From assembly GCA_963739455.1 (NCBI GenBank), contig CAVUAK010000001.1, positions 2,016,001-2,080,000 on the forward strand: a DNA stretch of 64,000 bases. Reading direction: 5' to 3'. Of the stretch, positions 10,271-23,200 are shown piece after piece (the stretch's first letter is position 1; each line of letters begins with the position of its first letter). Made by a program: the position numbers and the translations under genes. The DNA comes from an uncultured Gemmatimonadales bacterium. GTDB taxonomy: Bacteria; Gemmatimonadota; Gemmatimonadetes; Gemmatimonadales; GWC2-71-9. The notes beneath the pieces are model-generated. The model searched no databases. It was not told the DNA's origin and saw only the letters and a program-made list of their open reading frames with translations.

Positions 10271-11512
10271 CTACTCGTGCCGCAGTGCCTCGACCGGGTC
10301 CATCCGCGCCGCGCGGTTGGCCGGAACGAGCCCGAACACGAGTCCGATGCCGATGCTGACAGCCGAAGCCACTACCGCACTCCACAGCGGTACATCGGAG
10401 GTGAATCCAAACGCCTTCTTCACCACTTCCCCAAACAGCAGGCCCGCCATCACGCCGATCAGCCCGCCGAAGAAGGTCAGCGTCGCCGCCTCGACGAGGA
10501 ACTGCCAGAGGATTTCACGACGGGTGGCCCCCAGCGCCTTGCGGAGCCCGATTTCGCGCGTGCGGTCGGTGACGGACACCATCATGATGGCCATGACCCC
10601 GATCCCTCCGACCAGCAGGGCCACGCTCGACAGCGCGACCATGGCGACGAAGAAGTAGGTCGTGAAGTTCCCCACGACGCTCAGGATCTGGTCCTGCGTA
10701 ATGAGGTCGAAGGTGTTCGGCATGCCGGGCCTGAGGCTCCTGACCCGGCGGATTGCCACCGTCACGGCATCCTGCGCCTCGGTGACACCGGTCGAGAGCC
10801 GGGGCTTCACGGCAATGAAGAGGCTGTTGGTCTCGTCATAGCGATAGTTTCGCCGCACGGTCTGGAACGGCAGGACCGCGCCGTATTCCTGGCCCGGCGG
10901 CATGAAGATGTTGGATGCATTCTGGAAGATGCCGATGACGCGCATCGCCTTCGACCCGATGCGAATGGTGGCCCCGATGGGGTTCATCTGGCCAAACAGG
11001 CGGTGCGCCACCTCCTCCTCGATCAGGGTGACGTCATCGCCGTCCAGCTCGGCACGGGTGAAGAAGCGCCCCTTGAGGAGGGTGCCGCCCTGGATCTCGA
11101 GGTAGTGCTCGTCCGCACCGAACACGCTGAGGGACTGCGTGTTCACGCCCTGGTACTCGATGCGCTGGAAGATCTGCACCCACAGACCGGCATACGAAAT
11201 CTCCGGGAGCTGTGCCACGGCGGTGGCGTCGGCCTCATTGACCGGGGGGCGGATGCGCACCTCATAGGGAAGGCGGTCGGGATTGAGGGGCACCTGCGAG
11301 AAGAACCGCACCACGTAGAAGGTGGTGGGACCGGCTACCTCGACCGCATTGAAGATCTGCGTTCGTATGCCCTGTACCATCGAGGCAATCGTCATCACGG
11401 TGGCTACACCGATCACGACGCCCAGTATGGTGAGCGCGGAGCGCAGCTTGTTGGCCCGCATCGTGTCGAGGGCGATGACCATCCCCTCGACGACATTCGG
11501 GATCTGCGCCAC
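10271..11512 (-). CDS. MacB/FtsX-type ABC permease
   Basis: NKLRSALTILG, VGGIGVMAIMMVSVTDRTREIG, DPVEALRHE. Confidence 0.92.
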   Translation of the reverse strand: MAQIPNVVEGMVIALDTMRANKLRSALTILGVVIGVATVMTIASMVQGIRTQIFNAVEVAGPTTFYVVRFFSQVPLNPDRLPYEVRIRPPVNEADATAVAQLPEISYAGLWVQIFQRIEYQGVNTQSLSVFGADEHYLEIQGGTLLKGRFFTRAELDGDDVTLIEEEVAHRLFGQMNPIGATIRIGSKAMRVIGIFQNASNIFMPPGQEYGAVLPFQTVRRNYRYDETNSLFIAVKPRLSTGVTEAQDAVTVAIRRVRSLRPGMPNTFDLITQDQILSVVGNFTTYFFVAMVALSSVALLVGGIGVMAIMMVSVTDRTREIGLRKALGATRREILWQFLVEAATLTFFGGLIGVMAGLLFGEVVKKAFGFTSDVPLWSAVVASAVSIGIGLVFGLVPANRAARMDPVEALRHE

Positions 11513-11516
11513 GCTC

Positions 11517-12761
11517 CTATTCCGCCCGGAGCGCGGTGATGGGATCGAGCCGCGCGGCGCGGGCCGCCGGATACACCCCGAAGATGATGCCCGTGGCCGC
11601 GCCCAGCGCCAGCGCCACACCGACCGACCAGAGCGTCACGCGCGCGGGCAGCGGCGTCAGGTTCGACACGAGATAGCTGAAGCCCCAGCCCGCCAGCACG
11701 CCCAGCACACCGCCGAGAAAGGACAGCGTCACGGTCTCCACCAGGAATTGCCGGTGAATGTCGCCGCGGGTTGCCCCGAGCGACTTCCGGAGCCCGATCT
11801 CATAGGTGCGCTCGTTGACCGACATCAGCATGATGTTCATGATGACGATGCCACCCACGACAATGCCTATGCAGACGACCCCGGGAATCATCCGGAAGAG
11901 CACGCGCGTGAGGGTCTTCCAGAACGCCACGAGCGCGTCGGCCTTGTCCACGGTGAAATCGTTCTCTTCCAGTGGCCTGAGCCGATGCGCCACCCGCATC
12001 GCCTCCTCGGCGCGGAGCATCGCGTCATCGATCTCGGCGGCGTCGCGCATCTTCACCGACACCACCGTGGTCTTGCGCCGGCCGTAGATGGACTCGAAGG
12101 TGCTGAGGGGCATGAGCAGGAAACCGTCAAACGACTGGCCCAGCACCCGGCCCTTCTGGGCGATCACTCCCTTCACCAGCAGCTCGCGACCCGCCACCCG
12201 CACCTTGCGGCCTACCGCCTGTGCTGGCTGGTCGAACAGCTTGCTGGCCACTTCCCAACCCAGCACCACGACAGGCCGGCGCTCGGTGACGTCCGGGTCG
12301 GACAGCGGATCCCCCGCGGCGAAGCTGTAGTCCTGGACCAGCTGGTAGGGAGGCGTGACGCCAAAGATCAGCACCGTGCCCACCGTCTTGTTCCGGTAGC
12401 TGACATCGTTGATCGGCGTGGGCCATCCCGATTGCAGGGACACCGCCTCTGCATCGGGAATGGCGTCCTGGACGGTCTCCGCGTCCCTCACGGTGATGAT
12501 CGGGCGGCGGCTGATCTTCTTCACCATCTCGTCGTCCAGCAGTCCCACTGTGATCGGCGTGCGGCGCACCTGGAAGGCATTGGTGCCGATCATCGCGCCG
12601 GTGAGGTTCTCCTTGACGTAGGCGTTCATGCCCTGGATCACCGCCACCACCACCACGAGGAAGGCAACGGAGACGATGATCCCGAGCAGCGTGAAGAAGG
12701 AGCGCAGCTTGGCCGACCAGATGGAGTCGAAGGCGATGCGGAGAGATTCAAGGAAGGACAT
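11517..12761 (-). CDS. MacB/FtsX-type ABC permease
   Basis: [41 protein letters not shown]. Confidence 0.92.
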   Translation of the reverse strand: MSFLESLRIAFDSIWSAKLRSFFTLLGIIVSVAFLVVVVAVIQGMNAYVKENLTGAMIGTNAFQVRRTPITVGLLDDEMVKKISRRPIITVRDAETVQDAIPDAEAVSLQSGWPTPINDVSYRNKTVGTVLIFGVTPPYQLVQDYSFAAGDPLSDPDVTERRPVVVLGWEVASKLFDQPAQAVGRKVRVAGRELLVKGVIAQKGRVLGQSFDGFLLMPLSTFESIYGRRKTTVVSVKMRDAAEIDDAMLRAEEAMRVAHRLRPLEENDFTVDKADALVAFWKTLTRVLFRMIPGVVCIGIVVGGIVIMNIMLMSVNERTYEIGLRKSLGATRGDIHRQFLVETVTLSFLGGVLGVLAGWGFSYLVSNLTPLPARVTLWSVGVALALGAATGIIFGVYPAARAARLDPITALRAE

Positions 12762-12790
12762 TGACCGCAAGCTAAGCGACGGGTCCGGCA

Positions 12791-12857
12791 AGGGGTGAGG
12801 GGGAAGGACAAAGGGGTGAAGGGGAGATCATTCTCCTCCTCACCCCTCACTCCTCAC
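12791..12857. repeat. Intergenic palindrome built of aggggtg / cacccct heptamers
   Basis: aggggtgagg...aggggtgaagggg versus ctcctcacccctcactcctcac. Confidence 0.6.
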
Positions 12858-12866
12858 TGAAGTTCC

Positions 12867-14111
12867 CTACTCGAAACGCAGGGCCTCGACCGGGTCGAGG
12901 CGCGCCGCGCGGAACGCCGGGTAGAGACCAAAGAGCACCCCGGTAACCACGGAAGCAAGCAGGGAGACCACAACCGACCAGAGTGGAACGCTCGCCGGAA
13001 TGCTTGAAATCGACCGGATCAGGACCGCGATCAGGGAGCCCAGCGCCAGTCCGATGGCCCCACCGACCAGGGTCAGCGTCGCCGCCTCCACCAGGAACTG
13101 GAACATGATTTCCCGCTTGGTGGCGCCCAGCGCCTTGCGCACGCCGATCTCGCGGGTGCGTTCGGTCACCGAGATCATCATGATTGCCACCACGCCCACG
13201 CCGCCCACCATGAGCCCGACGCCCGACAGCGCCACCATGACGGCGAAGAAGCCGGCGGTGATGTTGTTGAACGAATCGAGGATCTTGTCCTGCGACAGCA
13301 CCGCAAAATTGTTCTCCTGCATCGGCTTGAGACCGCGCTTGGCGCGGAGGGCGGAGATTACTTCCTCCTGTGCCTCCTGGCTCGTGGCGCTGGCGGTCGG
13401 GAGCACCGAGAAATCCATCCACCCCTTCCAGTAGTCCGCCACCTTCACGAACGTCGTATGCGGCATTGCCATGCGCACTTCGTCGCCCCCCCCGAAGAGC
13501 GAGGACGCCTCCACGTGCACGCCGACGACGTCGAATGGCTGGCCGAATACCTTGATGCGCTTGCCGATCGGGTTCACGCCACGGGGGAACAGGCTCTCAG
13601 CCAGCTTGTCGTTGATCACGGCCACATGTGCGCCCGCCGCATACTCGGCCGCCGTGAAGTTCCGCCCCTGCACGATCTCGCCACCGGTTACCAATACCCA
13701 GCTGGCTCCCAGCCCGGCGATCTGGACTCCCTTCAGGTCGACGTCCTGATAGCTGACGGGACCATTGCTGTTCTCGCTCACGGCAACGTCCTGGACGGTC
13801 GGCAGCTGGCGCACCAGTTCCGCGTCCTCCACCGTGATCCACGGGTTCTTCCGCCACGGCGACAATTCATCCGACCCGTCGCTGATATTGAGCCCGCCCT
13901 GGAAGAATCGCTGCACGAAGAAGGTCTTCGGGCCGGCCGATTCCAGCATGGTGCTGACGCTGCGGTTGATGCCCGTAATCGCCGATGCCATCGCAATGAC
14001 GACCATGACGCCGATGGCGACCCCAAGAATGGTGAGGCCGGCCCGCACCTTGTTGGAGCGAACGGAATCCAGCGCAATGCCGACCCCCTCGGCCAGACGC
14101 TCGAGCTTCAT
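12867..14111 (-). CDS. MacB/FtsX-type ABC permease
   Basis: [30 protein letters not shown]. Confidence 0.92.
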   Translation of the reverse strand: MKLERLAEGVGIALDSVRSNKVRAGLTILGVAIGVMVVIAMASAITGINRSVSTMLESAGPKTFFVQRFFQGGLNISDGSDELSPWRKNPWITVEDAELVRQLPTVQDVAVSENSNGPVSYQDVDLKGVQIAGLGASWVLVTGGEIVQGRNFTAAEYAAGAHVAVINDKLAESLFPRGVNPIGKRIKVFGQPFDVVGVHVEASSLFGGGDEVRMAMPHTTFVKVADYWKGWMDFSVLPTASATSQEAQEEVISALRAKRGLKPMQENNFAVLSQDKILDSFNNITAGFFAVMVALSGVGLMVGGVGVVAIMMISVTERTREIGVRKALGATKREIMFQFLVEAATLTLVGGAIGLALGSLIAVLIRSISSIPASVPLWSVVVSLLASVVTGVLFGLYPAFRAARLDPVEALRFE

Positions 14112-14118
14112 CGCCGCC

Positions 14119-15359
14119 TCACTCGGCCCGGAGGGCCACGATCGGGTCCAGCTTGGCCGCCCGGTTGGCCGGGTAGATCCCGGCCACCATGCCGACCACC
14201 ACCCCCACGACAACACCGAGCACGATGGACCACGGTGCAACGGCAGCGGGGAGTGGTGTCACCGCACGAACGACGAAGGCGAGGCCGATGCCAAGGGCGA
14301 TGCCCATCGCCGCGCCCACGGTGGACAACGTCGCCGACTCCACGACGAACTGCGCCAGCACATCCCGGCGGCGTGCGCCGAGGGCCTTCCGGATGCCGAT
14401 CTCGCGGGTGCGCTCGGACACGGACATCAGCATGATGTTCATGATGACGATGCCGCCCACGATCAGGGAGATCGATACGAGCAGCGGCAGGGCCGTGATG
14501 AGGATCTTGGAGATCTTGGTCCAGCCCTCCAGCGCGGCCTCGGAGGTCTGCAAGAAGAAATTGTTGTCCTGCCCAGGCTTGAGGTGCCGGCGGGTACGCA
14601 TGGCCGACTCGACCTCGCCCATGGCCAGGCTCATGGTGCCCGGTCCGCTCGCCTGGATGATGAGATGATCCAGCACATTGATCGGGCAGATGAACCGGCG
14701 CGCCGGGGCGGTGAAGGGCATGATGACGAACTTGTCCAGCGACAGCCCGAACAGCGTGCCCTGGCGCTCCACCACGCCGATGACGCGGTAGGGCAGGCCG
14801 AACATCGTCACTTCCTTGCCGATCGGGTCCACGCCCTTGAACAGCTTCTCCGCCAGCTCGCTGCCAATGACCAGGACGGGCAGGCCCAGCTGCATTTCCT
14901 GCGCGGCAAAGGGTCGTCCGGACGTGAGCACGTAGTTCTTGATGTCGAAGTAGGTCGGCTCGGTGCCCACCAGTTCGATGTCCTTGGCGGCGCGCCCGTC
15001 GTAGTTCACCGTTACACGGTCGGAACAGAAGTTCGCGTACACCACCGGCGTCCTGACATGCGCCTTGATATAGGCGGCATCCTCGTAGCTGATGCGCGGC
15101 CGGCGGGACCACTCACGCCACATGTCGTCGGTGACGTTGCCGCTGGTGAAGTTCGGGCGCTGGCGCAGCTGGAAGGTGTTCAGGCCAATGAGGGAATTGG
15201 CAAACTTGTCTTCCATGTAGTTGTTCATGCCCGTGACGATCGACACGACGGCAATGAGGAAGGTGACGCCGATCAGCACGCCGATGAGCGAGAAGAAGCT
15301 CTTGAGCTTCTGCGCGCGGATCGTCTTGAGCGCCAGGCGCACCGCTTCAAGCCATGGCA

Positions 15360-15360
<1 letters not shown>
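14119..15360 (-). CDS. MacB/FtsX-type ABC permease
   Basis: [30 protein letters not shown]. Confidence 0.92.
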
Positions 15361-16057
<697 letters not shown>

Positions 16058-16061
<4 letters not shown>

Positions 16062-17405
16062 GAGCGCTTCGCCTCCTTCTTCATGTCCGGCGCCTTCGCC
16101 TCCTTGACCTTCGCTCCGTCCTTCAGGTCGCGGATGGCCTGGTAGGTGCCGGCCACGATCACCTCGTCGGGGCGCAGACCATCGAGCACCTCGAAGAACT
16201 CGTCGCCGGCGATGCCGACCTTGACCGGGCGGAACGTGGCGATGCCGTCGCGCACCACGAACACGCCCTCACGCTCCTTCTTGGGCCCGCTGCCCTTGCG
16301 CGCTGTCGGTGCCGGCGCCCGCCGGGGCAGGGCTCGCCGCGGCGGTCTTCGTCATCCCGCCCTTCTCGGAGTCGGCCTTCCCTTCGTTGGGCACCGATTC
16401 ATGCTCGCGCACGGTCAGGGCGATGATCGGGATCGCCAGCACGTTGCTGCGCGTATCGGTCACGATGCGCGCCGTGCTGCTGAGGTCCGGGCGCACGTCC
16501 CGCGGCGGCGCCGAGAGCGTGATCTCCACGTCGAAGTCGACCGCGCGATCGTTGCTGCCACCCTGGCCCGAGCTCATGCCCGCGACCAGCTTGGCGCTGT
16601 TGCTGATCTTGCTGACACGGCCCACGAAAGTGGTGTCCGCAAAGGCATCGATCGTGACCTGCACGGAGTCGCCCAGGCTGACGCGAACCACGTCCGTCTC
16701 ATCCACCTGCACCTTGGCGATGATCGTCGACATGTCGGCGATCGTCATCAGGAGGGCCGTCTCCTTGGAGAAGGTGCCGGGGACGGCCACTTCGCCCTCT
16801 TCCACGGCGAGCCGCGTGACCCGGCCGGAGATCGGTGCGAAGAGGCGGGTGCGCGCCAGGTTGTCCTGCGCCTCCTTGAGGCCGGCGCGTGCCTGGGCCA
16901 CCTGGGCCTGGTTCGTCTCATAGATCGCGACGCCGACATCGTAGGCCTGCTGCGCCTGCTCGACCGACTCGGTGGAGATCAGGTTCGGGTTCGTCTTCTG
17001 GAGTTCACGAGTGCGGTCGAGCTGCCGAAGCGCCTGGTCGCGGTTGGCCTGCGACTGGATCAGCGACGCCTGACTCGATGCGAGCAGCGCCTGTCCGCGG
17101 TTGACGGCGCCCTCGAACTGCGCCGGGTCGATCTGGATGAGGAACTGGCCCTTGGTGACCAGGTCGCCTTCCTTGACCGCGATCTTGAGGATGCGACCGG
17201 TGACGTCGGCGCTGACGTCCACCTTCGTCTCGGCCTCGATCTTGCCGCTGGCCGTGACGGCGGCGACCAGGTCCTTGCGGCCCACTGGCTCCATCCGCAC
17301 TTCGGTCGCCTTGTTCTTCTCCTGCTGCTTCTTGAAGAAGACGCCACCCGCGCCGAGCGCGGCCAGGACCGCCACCGCGATGCCGAACTTCATGCCACGT
17401 GACAT
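16058..17405 (-). CDS. Efflux periplasmic adaptor (MacA-like), one apparent frameshift near 16270-16330
   Basis: [29 protein letters not shown]; the C-terminal FVVRDG...VKVG segment is in another frame. Confidence 0.85.
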
Positions 17406-17407
17406 GC

Positions 17408-18762
17408 TCAATTCCTTGCGTTGGTGTAGTCCCGGCCGATCGCCGCATACAGCGCGACGAGTGCCCGGTGATTGTCGTAGATCGCGTTGATGTAGGCGGC
17501 GTCGGCTCGCGTGACCGCGTTGAGCGCGTCCGAGAGCTCGAGCACGGTGCCGCTGCCGAGCCGATAGCGCTCGTTCGCCAGGTTGAGCTGCTCCGCCGCG
17601 GCGGTGCGACTCCGGTTCTGGACTTCCATGGTCTTGTAGGTCGTTTCCACCGCGAGCAGGCGGCTGGTCACGTCCGCGCGGATCTGCAGGTCGATGGCCC
17701 GCAGCCGCTCGGTGGCGTCCAGCTGGTCTGCCCGCGCCCGCTGCACCGATGCCTGACGACTGAAGCCCTGAAAAATCGGGAGCGAGAGGCCGACGCGCGC
17801 CTGCAGCGGATTTCCGGTGAAGTCGAACGGGAACGTATTGACCGTGTCGGTGGAGAACTGGTTCGTAAACCAGACCTTGCCGAGGGAGCCGGACAGTGTC
17901 GGAAAGAAGGCTGACTTTGCCGACTTGAGGGCTGCCTCGGAGGCGGCCAGGCGGGCCTCCAACGCCTTGATGCGCGGCTGATTGTCGCGCGCCTCGGCCA
18001 ACAGCGTCTGGAGGTCGAAGTTCGGCGTCTGGCACCGGGAACGAGTCGCTCAGGGCCACTTCCTGCACCGGCGCCGGCGGCTCGACGCCCATGCGGCGGT
18101 AGAGCTCGATCTTGGCGTCCGTCTCGGCCTGCAGCAGACCGGAGCAGGTCGACCTCCGACCCGTTGAAGGTCACTTCGGCCTGCCGCACATCGTACATCG
18201 ACGCCTGTCCCACCTTGTTCCGCGCGGTCGTAAGCACGAGGAACGCACTGTTGCGCCGCAACTGCTGCCGGGCCACCTCGCTGGTCGCCGCCGCCTGCAG
18301 GCCGTTCAGGTACTGGGTCACGACGTCGGCGTCCACCGCGATGAGCGACGATGCGATATCAGCCTGTGTGGCACGCTCGTTCGCGCTGGCCTGGCCGACT
18401 CCAAAAAATGTCGCGCCGCTCAGGTTATAGGTCGCTTCGACCGCAACGTTGGACCCGATGGACGACGGTTGCTGCAGCTGACCAGGGCCGATGACCTGCT
18501 GGCCGGCACCCGTGTAGCCAATCCCGGCGCTGGCGCCGAGGAACGGCACGAACGCTCCCTTGGCCGCCTTGACGTTTGCCTTGGCCGGCTTCAGCTGGTT
18601 CTGGGCTATCCGGTAGTCCGGATTGTTGTGCCGCGCCTGGGCCACCGCGTCGCGCAGCGCGAGCGTCGTGGTGGTCTTCGGCTTGGCGATCATCGTCGTA
18701 TCCTGCGCCGCCAACGGCGAGGCGGCGAGGGCAGCCATGGCAATTAGATGCCACCGGGACAT
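17408..18762 (-). CDS. TolC-family outer membrane protein, frameshifted near 18000-18140
   Basis: Signal peptide, LRDAVAQARHNNP, AKSAFFP, LSLPIFQG, ERYRLGSGT, split over frames. Confidence 0.82.
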
Positions 18763-18925
18763 GTCTGTTCCTTCCGTTCGATTGCTTCGAAGTGCTGCAG
18801 ATGGGGCCACTTACGGCGGCACCATCAAGTTGGTTTCAATGTGAGACGACCGCGAGAAACGAAAAGTCCGTACATCCGGGTTACCGGATGTACGGACAAC
18901 AACTTAGGAGGTTTCGCCGGAAAGG

Positions 18926-19579
18926 CTACGAAGGCAGCCTTGTCACGATCATCCCGGACTGGGGAAGGTCCATCCGGTCGACCCGCCCCTGCGCGTCCAG
19001 CTGCATGCGACCGTTGAGGTCGCCGGTGAGTTCGACGACCGCACCGCGCGTGCCTCCCTCGACGCGGCGCACCGTGATGTTCGAGCGCTTGCCGGTGCGC
19101 GGATAGACCGCAGTGACGCGGGTGCCGCCTGGCGTCGCGAGGTCGGCGATCAGCAGCAGCAGCGCCTGCAGTTGCTCGTCGAGCAGGATCACGCCAGGCC
19201 CGCCGGGGATCTCCTTGCCGCCGCGCGAGCCCTGGTCGCTGCTCACCGTGATGAAGATCCGGTTACCGCGCTGCGCGGCGCGAATCGTCTCGATGGCGCT
19301 TCCGCGGCGCACTTCCAGCTGCAGCTGGTCCAGCGTGCCGTCACTGCCACGCACGAGCGACCCGCGGAGGTTCTCCTGGGTCGCCGGAAACTTGCCCTCA
19401 AAGTCGAGCCGCATGCCGGTGGCGCCCGCGCTCGTGCTGTTGCGCAGCACGACGTGCTCGGTGCCTATGTCCTTGCCGTGCTGCTGCACGGAGTAGGTGG
19501 CGTCAAAGACGACCTGCGCCGCGAGCGAGGACGGTATGCTAAGTGCTGCGGCTGCAAGCAGGTGGCGCATGTTCATCAA
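18926..19579 (-). CDS. Hypothetical exported protein
   Basis: Signal peptide (SLAAQ), beta-rich, host-like codon usage. Confidence 0.7.
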   Translation of the reverse strand: MMNMRHLLAAAALSIPSSLAAQVVFDATYSVQQHGKDIGTEHVVLRNSTSAGATGMRLDFEGKFPATQENLRGSLVRGSDGTLDQLQLEVRRGSAIETIRAAQRGNRIFITVSSDQGSRGGKEIPGGPGVILLDEQLQALLLLIADLATPGGTRVTAVYPRTGKRSNITVRRVEGGTRGAVVELTGDLNGRMQLDAQGRVDRMDLPQSGMIVTRLPS

Positions 19580-20256
19580 ACCTCCGTATGAGCCGCGTCC
19601 ACGAGGAGCAGAATCTGTTCCAGAACGGCGTCATACAGTTCGCCGGCGCGTTCAGCGGTCGCGGCGCGGGCACCGCGAAGAAATGCGTCGGTACTGGCCC
19701 CCGGAGCGGACGACGATGGATCGCCGTTCACGAGGTCGGGCGCAATGTGCAGCAGCAGGGAGGTGGCGAGTTCGCCGGTGTGCTCCGAAGTGCTCGATGA
19801 GCTGAGGCGTGATCCGAGGTCGAAACCGAGCACGTCGATGGTGGTCAGCTGGGCGCTCTCGGTGCGCACAGTGCTGAGGGCCTCGAACTGGGCATCGTTG
19901 CCGACCGCGGTGAGCACGATGAAGCGGCGTATCCCTGCACCGTCCTCCCACGAGTCGATAAGTTCGTTCATGACCCGGTGGAGCGTCTTGCGCCGGAGCC
20001 CGACACCGCCGTTGTGCGAGCACTGGACCGGATAGACGCTGTACTCGAGCACCGGCGCGCACGCCAGCCGCCGAGCCGCGCAAAGATCATCGGCAAGGCG
20101 CTCGACAATGATGGAGTCGGAGCCAAGTGGGAGGTGTGACGCCGTGGCGGCGATGCCGCCGACGGGCACCACGATCGTTGGCTGCTCACGCAGCATCGCG
20201 CGCGCCTTGTCGGGCGTGAGGTCCTTCAACCGCCAGGGTCGTCCTTGATCGGTCAT
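19576..20256 (-). CDS. Creatininase family protein (divergent)
   Basis: IVVPVGG...HLPLGSDS, EHTGELATSLLLHIAPDLV. Confidence 0.75.
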   Translation of the reverse strand: MTDQGRPWRLKDLTPDKARAMLREQPTIVVPVGGIAATASHLPLGSDSIIVERLADDLCAARRLACAPVLEYSVYPVQCSHNGGVGLRRKTLHRVMNELIDSWEDGAGIRRFIVLTAVGNDAQFEALSTVRTESAQLTTIDVLGFDLGSRLSSSSTSEHTGELATSLLLHIAPDLVNGDPSSSAPGASTDAFLRGARAATAERAGELYDAVLEQILLLVDAAHTEV

Positions 20257-23200
20257 CCAGTTCGCTGGTGGAGGTTTGCCCTCGGCGCCACGGTGCTGTG
20301 TGGCACCGAGTGGCTTCATGCCTTCGAGCGGCCCTGGGCCTGGGCCGCAGCCATCGCTGCGCTCGGCACGATGGTCCTGCTGCTTCCCGCTGGCAAGCTG
20401 GCCGCGCCGGGCGCTGATGGTCTCGCTGGCGCTCGTCACCCTCGTCATTCCACTGACACAACGCAGCCTCGACCGCATCGACCTGGGCTGGGAGGGTGAC
20501 CGTGGCGAGCGCGAGGCGCTGGTGAAGGCAGCCGGTGACCGCCTCGGCGGTGACCTCCGCTCCGCCCTGCAGCTGACCCAGCGCCTGGCCGACCTCGGCG
20601 CCGCCGCCGCCGAACGTGATCGCGATGCGGCCTTCCGGATCCTCGCGCGGGCGACAGCCTCAGAGCAACTCGAGTCCGGGATCGCGATCCTCGAGGCCGA
20701 CGGCACCCCGTGGGCCTGGGCAGGCAGTCACCGGCTTCCGCCACGCGCGGCCGGCGACTCGATCGCGTCAGCGAGCAGCCAATACTACGTGACGCTCGAG
20801 AGTCGCCGCCACTCCGGCCGCGACAGGGTCACGGTGGCCAACGTGCTCGTGTGGGCGCATCCGGCGGTGCCGGACCGCGCCGGAAGCCTGGCCGAGCGGT
20901 TCCGCGCCAGCACTGATGTGGCACTCGCCGTCTACCCGACCGACAGCGCGCCGGACAACACTGATGTGTTCGACTATTGCGAGCCAACCACGGCCGGCCG
21001 CCGGTGCCTCTTCAGCGCGCAGCCGCTTGCCACCGGTGCAGGCAGACGCCCGCGCACTCGAGGTGTCGCGAGGGGGCCGGGTGGCGGCGATCGGACTGCT
21101 GCTCGTGCTGGCACTTGGCCTGGTTGTCGAGGTCGGCTCCGCCGGCCGCTGGATGCTGGCGGTGCTCACGGCATGGCTCCTGGTTCGCGCGCCGGTGGGT
21201 TCGCTGCTTGGTGCCGGTGACCTCTTTTCGCCGGCGTCGTACCGGTTCAATCCCCTTGTCCCGCTCACCAACTCGGCAGGCACACTCGGGCTCGTGGGCG
21301 CGCTGTTCACCATGGGTGCGGTATGGCTGTGGCGTCGCCGCCTCCCGCGCCGATGGTGGAGCATGCTCATCGGCGCTCGGGCTGTTCCTCGGCATTCCGT
21401 TTGGCGTGAGCGCACTGAGCCGCGGCATCACGCCGCCGCCGGATGGGACGCCACTCGACCTGTGGCTCACCTGGCAGCTGGCCCTCTTCCTCGCGATCAC
21501 CGGACCGATGGTACTCGCCTCGGCGCTCCTCCGTGGCGATGCGGAGCCGCGCCGCGCCGGCTGGTGGTCATGGCTCGGCGTGGCCGCGGCGATTTCCGCC
21601 GCCGTCGCCGGCCTGTACCTCTGGCAGCCGTCGTCGGAATGGCCCTGGTGGTTCCCACTGCTGTGGACGCCGGTGCTGCTGGTCGCGAGCGTGCCCCTGC
21701 CGTCCGGCCAGGCGGTCGTCAGCATGGCGCTGGCGGCGGGGAGCCTCTCGTCGCTGTTCACGTGGCAGGCGGATCACCTGGGTCGCATGCAGCAGGCGGA
21801 GCGCGAGGTCTCGCGACTGGGGACCGAGGAGGATCCGGTCGCGCCGGCACTGCTACAGCTCTTCGCCAAGGCCGCACGAGAAGCGCCGCCGCCGGCAACG
21901 GCCACCGAGCTGTATGCGCTGTGGCGCACGTCGGTGCTTGCCGACCAGGGATATCCTGCGCGGCTCGCGCTCTGGACGCAGGATGCTGGCTGGGGCGCGG
22001 AGCTGGCGCTCGACTCGCTCGAGGTGGGACGACCGACGCTTGATTCGCTGCTGGCTGCGATACCGCGACCCGACTCGGTCGTCCGGATGGTGGCGCCTCC
22101 GGGGATGCACTACCTGCTCGCGACCACGCTCTCGAATGGAGCGGTGCTCGTCACCGTCATCGGCCCCGAGACGCAGCTCATCGTGCCCAGCCGTCTCGGG
22201 CGCCTGCTCGAGCCGACGGTGCACCGACCACCTTCCTACGTGCTCGCGCTGTCGCCGCCGATGGCGCAGTCCATCCCCACGGATGCACTGCGCTGGGAAC
22301 GCGAGGGATGGGTCCTGCGCGCCTCCCGCACGCTCGCGGTGGCCGATACGCGCCGCGAGGTATACGTGCAGATGGCGCTTCGCGGGCCGGTGCCGCTGCT
22401 GGTGCGCGGCGCCCTGCTGCTGCTGGTCAACATCGTGGTGCTGGTGCTGATCTGGTTGATGGCCGACTACTGCAGCGCGGCGACCAGTCCAGCGTTGGAT
22501 CGTGGCGCGCGGCGGCGCGCTCCTTCCGGGTGCGCCTCGCCGTGACGCTGGCGCTCTTCTTCCTGGTGCCGGCGGTCGGCTTCTCGGTGTGGGGTATCCG
22601 GCACTTCGCGCTGGATACGGCGCGCGTCACCGACGCGCTCATCAGCGGGACGCTGCGCGATGCGCTCCGCAGTTCCGGGGTGCTGGCCACGCGCGACTCG
22701 GCGTATGGCGCGCACCAGCTCGAGGCGCTCGGCCAGCGCATGGACGCCGACTTCGGGCTCTATGGCGGCGGGCGCCTCACCTCGACGAGCGCGCGGATCC
22801 TGCAGGACCTCGGCGTGCTGGGCGAGCTGATGAATCCGGACGCCTTCCGGCAACTGGCCTTCGGCGGCCAGCTCGAGGTGACCCGGATTGGTCCGCTCCC
22901 GACGCTTTCCGAGCGAGTGGGCTATCGGCTGCTGCTGCCGGGATCGCCGTCGCATCTCGGTGTGCTGGCCACGCCGCGCCGGCTGGGCGAACTCTCCACC
23001 GACTCGCAGTGGGACATCGCGCTGGGCGTGCTGCTGGTGCTGCTGCTCGGGCTCGCGGCGGCACTGCAGGGCGCGCAGTCTGCCGCGCGCGCACTCTCGC
23101 GTCCGGTGGCCGACCTGCGCCGCGCCGCGCTCGCACTTGGGGAAGGGAAGCCGGCGCCACCCCAGGAACGCAGTCCGCCGAGCGAGTTCGAGCCGGTCTT